Of a stretch of 64,000 nt of DNA, positions 60,128-64,000 are shown piece after piece. The DNA comes from an uncultured Gemmatimonadaceae bacterium (lineage in GTDB: Bacteria > Gemmatimonadota > Gemmatimonadetes > Gemmatimonadales > Gemmatimonadaceae). A model generated the notes under the pieces. That model had not been told where the DNA came from. It did not search any database and worked only from the letters and a program-made list of their open reading frames with translations. Within the stretch, counting starts at the first letter, position 1, and each line of letters opens with the position of its first letter. The translations under genes were made by a program, and so were the position numbers. The stretch is taken from positions 1,728,001 through 1,792,000 of the forward strand of contig OY970320.1 in the NCBI GenBank assembly GCA_963716745.1, read 5' to 3'.

Positions 60128-61400
60128 GCTCTGGGCGGTGATCTCGCGCGAATACATGGAGCGCGTGCGCAGCAGGTGGTTCGTGTTCGCAACGGTGTTC
60201 GGTCCCGTGCTCTTCGGGGCGCTGCTCATCCTGCCGCCGCTGCTCGCACTGCGCACGAAGGCCTCGGACGATGTCGCGAACATCGTGATCCTCGACGCCA
60301 CGGGCGCGGGAGTCGGGGAGCGCGTGGCGGCGGCGATACCGCGTCCCGTCGGCGCTCCCATGCCGACGGTGCGCGTCGTGACGATCGATACCCTCACGCG
60401 CGCCGAGAGCACGGCCACGCACGAGGTGATGCGCGCCGATAAGCGTGGCTATCTCGTCCTCGATCAGCGAGCGCTCGCCGGTGAGTCCGCGCGCTACGCC
60501 GGCCGCAACGCGAGTTCGATCGGCGACATGGAAGCCCTCACGAGCGTCGTGCGCCAGAGCGTGTTGCGCACGCGCCTCGCACAGGCGCACGTGGACTCCG
60601 GTCAGGCGGCGACGATCGCGTCGCTCAAGCCGGAGCTCATCACCGAGCGGCTCTCGGAACAGGGACGTGCCGGCTCGGGCATGGTGAACGCGTTCGCCGG
60701 ATTCGGCATCGCGTTCCTCTTGTACATGTCGATCATCCTTTACGGGCAGACAGTACTGCGCGGCGTGATCGAGGAGAAGAACACGCGCGTCGCCGAGGTC
60801 GTGGTGGCGAGCGTGTCCACCGATACGCTGCTCGCGGGCAAGGTGTTAGGGGTCGGCGCGGTGGGGATCACGCAGCAGATCCTCTGGATCGCGAGCGGGA
60901 TCCTCATGGCCAAGTTCAGGGTCCCGATCCTCACCGCACTCGGCGCGAAAGCGGAGCCGGTCGCGCTTCCGCATGTGGGCCTCCCGGTCGCGATCGTGCT
61001 CCTGCTCTTCTTCGTGCTCGGATACATCTTCTATTCGTCGCTCTTCGCGGCGGTGGGCGCGATGGTGAGCAATGAGCAGGACGCGCAGCAGGCGGCGACG
61101 CCGGTGATCATGCTGCTCGTCACACCGATGCTCTTCCTGCAGACGATCCTGCTCAACCCATCGAGCCGCACGGCGGAGATCCTCTCTTGGATCCCCTTCG
61201 CGGCGCCGATCATCATGCCGCTCCGGATGATCGTGACGAGCGTGCCGTGGATCGAGGTCGCGCTGACCCTCGCCGGCGTACTCGCTGCCTGCGCCGCCGC
61301 CGTCTGGCTCGCCGCGCGGATCTATCGCGTGGGCCTGCTCATGTACGGCAAGCGGCCGTCTCTTGGAGAAGTCGCGAGGTGGGTGCGAAGAGCTAGCTGA
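60120..61400 (+). CDS. ABC-2 exporter permease (YhaP/NatB-like)
   Basis: REY..RVR, VIEEKNTR..E, GK.LG, ARIYR.G.L.YG. Confidence 0.9.
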   Translation: MGKLWAVISREYMERVRSRWFVFATVFGPVLFGALLILPPLLALRTKASDDVANIVILDATGAGVGERVAAAIPRPVGAPMPTVRVVTIDTLTRAESTATHEVMRADKRGYLVLDQRALAGESARYAGRNASSIGDMEALTSVVRQSVLRTRLAQAHVDSGQAATIASLKPELITERLSEQGRAGSGMVNAFAGFGIAFLLYMSIILYGQTVLRGVIEEKNTRVAEVVVASVSTDTLLAGKVLGVGAVGITQQILWIASGILMAKFRVPILTALGAKAEPVALPHVGLPVAIVLLLFFVLGYIFYSSLFAAVGAMVSNEQDAQQAATPVIMLLVTPMLFLQTILLNPSSRTAEILSWIPFAAPIIMPLRMIVTSVPWIEVALTLAGVLAACAAAVWLAARIYRVGLLMYGKRPSLGEVARWVRRAS

Positions 61401-61518
61401 ACGACGCGGGACTCGGGACTCGGGACTCGCCGCGGGATTCGACAACTACCCGGTGTAGCAACGCGCCGTTCACGAATCCCGCGGCGAGTCCCGAGCCCCG
61501 AGTCCCGCGTCGTTCAGC
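61396..61518. repeat. 46-bp near-perfect inverted repeat of GGGACTC heptamers including both convergent stop codons
   Basis: gctgaacgacgcgggactcgggactcgggactcgccgcgggattcg vs right arm 61473-61518, 45/46 identical. Confidence 0.95.
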
Positions 61519-61930
61519 AGTTCGCGTCGAACGCCGCCGTCAGATCCGCCGCGATGGCCGCCGCGTCACGCCCTTCGATCTGATTGCGTTCGAGCATGAA
61601 CGCGAGCCGCCCGTCCTTGAAGAGCGCGATCGACGGCGAGCTGGGGCGGTAGCCGGTGATGTAGCTGCGCGCGCGCTCGGTCGCTTCGGCGTCCTGGCCG
61701 GCGAACACGGTCGTGAGCTTGGCCGGCTTCTTCGCGTTCGCGAGCGCGAGCGTCACCGCCGGGCGCGCATTGCGCGCGGCGCACCCGCACATCGAGTTCA
61801 CCACCAGCAGCGTCGTACCGCGCGCATCCTTGAGCGCGCCGTCCACTTCGGATGGCGTCTTCAATTCGGATACGCCGATCCGCGTGAGCTCGGCGCGCAT
61901 CGGCGCGATGAAGCGTTCGTCGTACATCAT
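61514..61930 (-). CDS. BrxA/BrxB-family bacilliredoxin
   Basis: PMR.EL..G, VVNSMCGCAA..ARP, TVFAGQD.EAT, PSSPSIALFKDG. Confidence 0.92.
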   Translation of the reverse strand: MMYDERFIAPMRAELTRIGVSELKTPSEVDGALKDARGTTLLVVNSMCGCAARNARPAVTLALANAKKPAKLTTVFAGQDAEATERARSYITGYRPSSPSIALFKDGRLAFMLERNQIEGRDAAAIAADLTAAFDANC

Positions 61931-61935
61931 GATCC

Positions 61936-62310
61936 TCATTCCTCTCTGGAGACGCCGCCGCGCACGAGCGCGAGGATCGCGGTCTGCGGGACGACGAGAT
62001 AGCGGTCGTTCTCGAACGAGATCTCCACCGCCGCCCGGCGGAAGAACAGCGCGTAGTCGCCCTCCCGTGCCTGCATCGGCACGAAGCGCGTCTCGCGCGC
62101 TGCGGTGCGCCACGGCTCCTCGCTCGATTCGGATGGGTCCGGCATCGGCAGCCCAGGGCCCGTCGCCACGATGCGCCCGCCCTGCACCGCTTGCGTGTCG
62201 ACCGCACTCGGCGGCAGGTAGAGTCCCACCTTGCTGCGCTCCTCGCCCGCTTCGATGGCGATGAGCACGCGGTCGCCCACGACGATCAGCTGCTTGTCCT
62301 TGCGCGGCAT
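61936..62310 (-). CDS. GroES-family co-chaperone paralog (no adjacent groEL)
   Basis: GDRVLI, GLYLP, G.IVA.GPG, GD..LF. Confidence 0.85.
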   Translation of the reverse strand: MPRKDKQLIVVGDRVLIAIEAGEERSKVGLYLPPSAVDTQAVQGGRIVATGPGLPMPDPSESSEEPWRTAARETRFVPMQAREGDYALFFRRAAVEISFENDRYLVVPQTAILALVRGGVSREE

Positions 62311-62335
62311 GACGGGAAAGATACTCGCGGAACGG

Positions 62336-62878
62336 TCAGGGTGCCGACTCTTCCTGCTTCACATGATCGGCGTGGATCAGCTGCGCCGTGCTCTCGCGAT
62401 TCTCGTGCTTCAGCATCTCGTAGCGCACCCGCTGCACCACGACGCCGAGGATGCCCGCGAAGAGCACGATCGCCAGCGTGTGGAGCACCACCGTGCGGAA
62501 CGCGATCGTGGACCAGTCTCCCCACGTGGCCTGCTCCGTGCCGACGATCTCGACGTGGAATGCGATGAGGATCGCACTGATCGTGATCGCGGCGAAGCTC
62601 TCGACCAGCGCGAAGCTGGGCGCCCGCCATTTCCACTGATGCACCGGATGGCTGCCCAGGTGGATCGTCGTGCCGGCGATCAGGATGGCGAGCTGACCGA
62701 GCACACCCAACAGGAGCAGCAGCAGCGAGCGTCCCGCGCCGGAGTGAAAGGCGAGTTCGCGGAATCCGTACACGAACACCGCGGTGATGATCGCCATGCC
62801 CACGAGCGAATGCGCGAAGCGCCGCGGGAGGGCGTCCTCCGCGGTGAGATTTTCCGTATGGCGCGGGAAGAAGCTCAT
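62336..62878 (-). CDS. Hypothetical membrane protein (about 4 TM)
   Basis: Four hydrophobic segments; TAGATT 6 nt upstream. Confidence 0.7.
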   Translation of the reverse strand: MSFFPRHTENLTAEDALPRRFAHSLVGMAIITAVFVYGFRELAFHSGAGRSLLLLLLGVLGQLAILIAGTTIHLGSHPVHQWKWRAPSFALVESFAAITISAILIAFHVEIVGTEQATWGDWSTIAFRTVVLHTLAIVLFAGILGVVVQRVRYEMLKHENRESTAQLIHADHVKQEESAP

Positions 62879-62926
62879 GCCGCTAATCTAACGCCACGGG
62901 GACCGCACGAGGCGCGGCCGGCAGGT

Positions 62927-63208
62927 TCAGGAACCCGCGGCGCCTTGCGAACCGCGCTTCGGGCCCGGGTACATCTGCTGCAAGCGCTCGCCCGGCGGCA
63001 CCGATTCGGGCTGGACGGTGCCGCTGGCGGTGGCGCGCTCGCGCAGCTGCTTCGTGAGCAGATTCATCTCCTCGAAGGCGACCACGGCGCGTTTCTCGGC
63101 GTCTTCCTTCTGCTTGGCCAGTCGCTGCAGGCGCCACGCGATGAACAGCGCGCACACCATGAGCACGATGAAGACCAGCCCCAACCCCATGAATTGTTTC
63201 TCGGTCAT
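62927..63208 (-). CDS. Hypothetical single-TM coiled protein
   Basis: GGAGGAG RBS, N-terminal TM followed by a charged helix. Confidence 0.65.
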   Translation of the reverse strand: MTEKQFMGLGLVFIVLMVCALFIAWRLQRLAKQKEDAEKRAVVAFEEMNLLTKQLRERATASGTVQPESVPPGERLQQMYPGPKRGSQGAAGS

Positions 63209-63271
63209 GCGGCGATTCCTCCTCCATTCCCTACGACTGGAGGCCCGCCCTGGCAACACGCGGCGCCGGCG

Positions 63272-64000
63272 TTAGGGCGCCCGCTCCGAGGTCTTGAACC
63301 AGATGTACAGGGGGACGCCGGCCATCATCACGATGAAGCCGTAGAAGATCACTTCTTGGCCCACGCCGTACGTCGCCCATAGGAGGAAAATGAAGCAGAC
63401 CAGCGCGATCGCCTGCGTGCGGACTCGCATCGCGGCGCTCCAGTCGCCGCCGGGTCGCCGAGCGAGCATTAATGCCGCCGCGGAATTGTACAAGTACGGG
63501 AAGAGCGCGCCGAGGTTCGCGAGCAGAATGAGCAGAGTGAAGACATCCAGCAGCGTGCCCTTCACGAAATAGAGCGGGATGAGCAGCGCTGCGACGGTGG
63601 TGCCGGTGAGGAGCGCCACGTGCGGCGTGCCGAAGCGCGGGTGCAGCTTGCCGAACGCGCGGAAGAAGATCCCGTCCTCCGCCGCGCTGAATGGGATGCG
63701 TCCTACCATGAGCGTCCAGCCGTTCAGGACGCCGAGGCACGCGAACACCGCGCCCACGCTCACCCAGAAGGCCGCGCGCGGGCCGAGCACCTGCTGCGCC
63801 GCGAGCTCCAGGGGATGCGCCGAACTCGCGACGACATCGTTCGGAAGCGCACCCGTCACGGCGAGCGCGAACACGAAGAAGACGAGCGTCGCGAGTCCGA
63901 AACCGAGCATCGTTCCGAGGCGGATCATCCGGCCGGGTTGATCCACCTCCTCGGCGGGCACTGTGGCCGACTCGATGCCGGAGAACGCCCACACGAGGAG
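63272..64000 (-). CDS. APC-family amino acid permease (AdiC/PotE-like), truncated by window
   Basis: WAFSGIESA, LNGW, A.DG.F...F.K.....TP, multi-TM. Confidence 0.88.
   Translation of the reverse strand, partial: LLVWAFSGIESATVPAEEVDQPGRMIRLGTMLGFGLATLVFFVFALAVTGALPNDVVASSAHPLELAAQQVLGPRAAFWVSVGAVFACLGVLNGWTLMVGRIPFSAAEDGIFFRAFGKLHPRFGTPHVALLTGTTVAALLIPLYFVKGTLLDVFTLLILLANLGALFPYLYNSAAALMLARRPGGDWSAAMRVRTQAIALVCFIFLLWATYGVGQEVIFYGFIVMMAGVPLYIWFKTSERAP

Noticed and set aside
1..64000. tRNA, rRNA, prophage, transposase or recognisable defence operon
   Set aside because: No cloverleaf or rRNA signatures and no such protein motifs were found by inspection.

Overview
This is a GC-rich, gene-dense bacterial chromosomal segment. 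Its gene families resemble Gemmatimonadota (inference only). It holds about 65 mostly housekeeping CDSs: two ECF sigma/anti-sigma pairs, many secreted peptidases (M16 pair, M14, S9, matrixin, DUF922, serine hydrolase), a VIT-VWA protein, rsgA, proline dehydrogenase, a Ser/Thr kinase, fadIJ, glpD, greA, deoxyhypusine-synthase-like and LOG genes, queG, rnd, a split transketolase, a split xanthine-dehydrogenase/PaoABC-like set, a sufBCD-Rieske-sufSU operon, an AAA+ ATPase, a WtpABC-like molybdate/tungstate transporter, an ABC-2 exporter, a bacilliredoxin and an orphan GroES. I saw no rRNA, tRNA, CRISPR, integrase or transposase. About 11 frameshifts are all single-base insertions, which points to sequencing error. 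The most unusual signal is non-coding. At least nine intergenic elements are built from short tandem units (7, 9, 21 or 30 nt), and most fold into long inverted repeats. Several begin exactly at a stop codon with a shared (G)CTGAAC/TAAC end. Also visible are a probable terminator-attenuator in the greA leader, a SigW/SigX-like promoter, and many leaderless-type -10 boxes.
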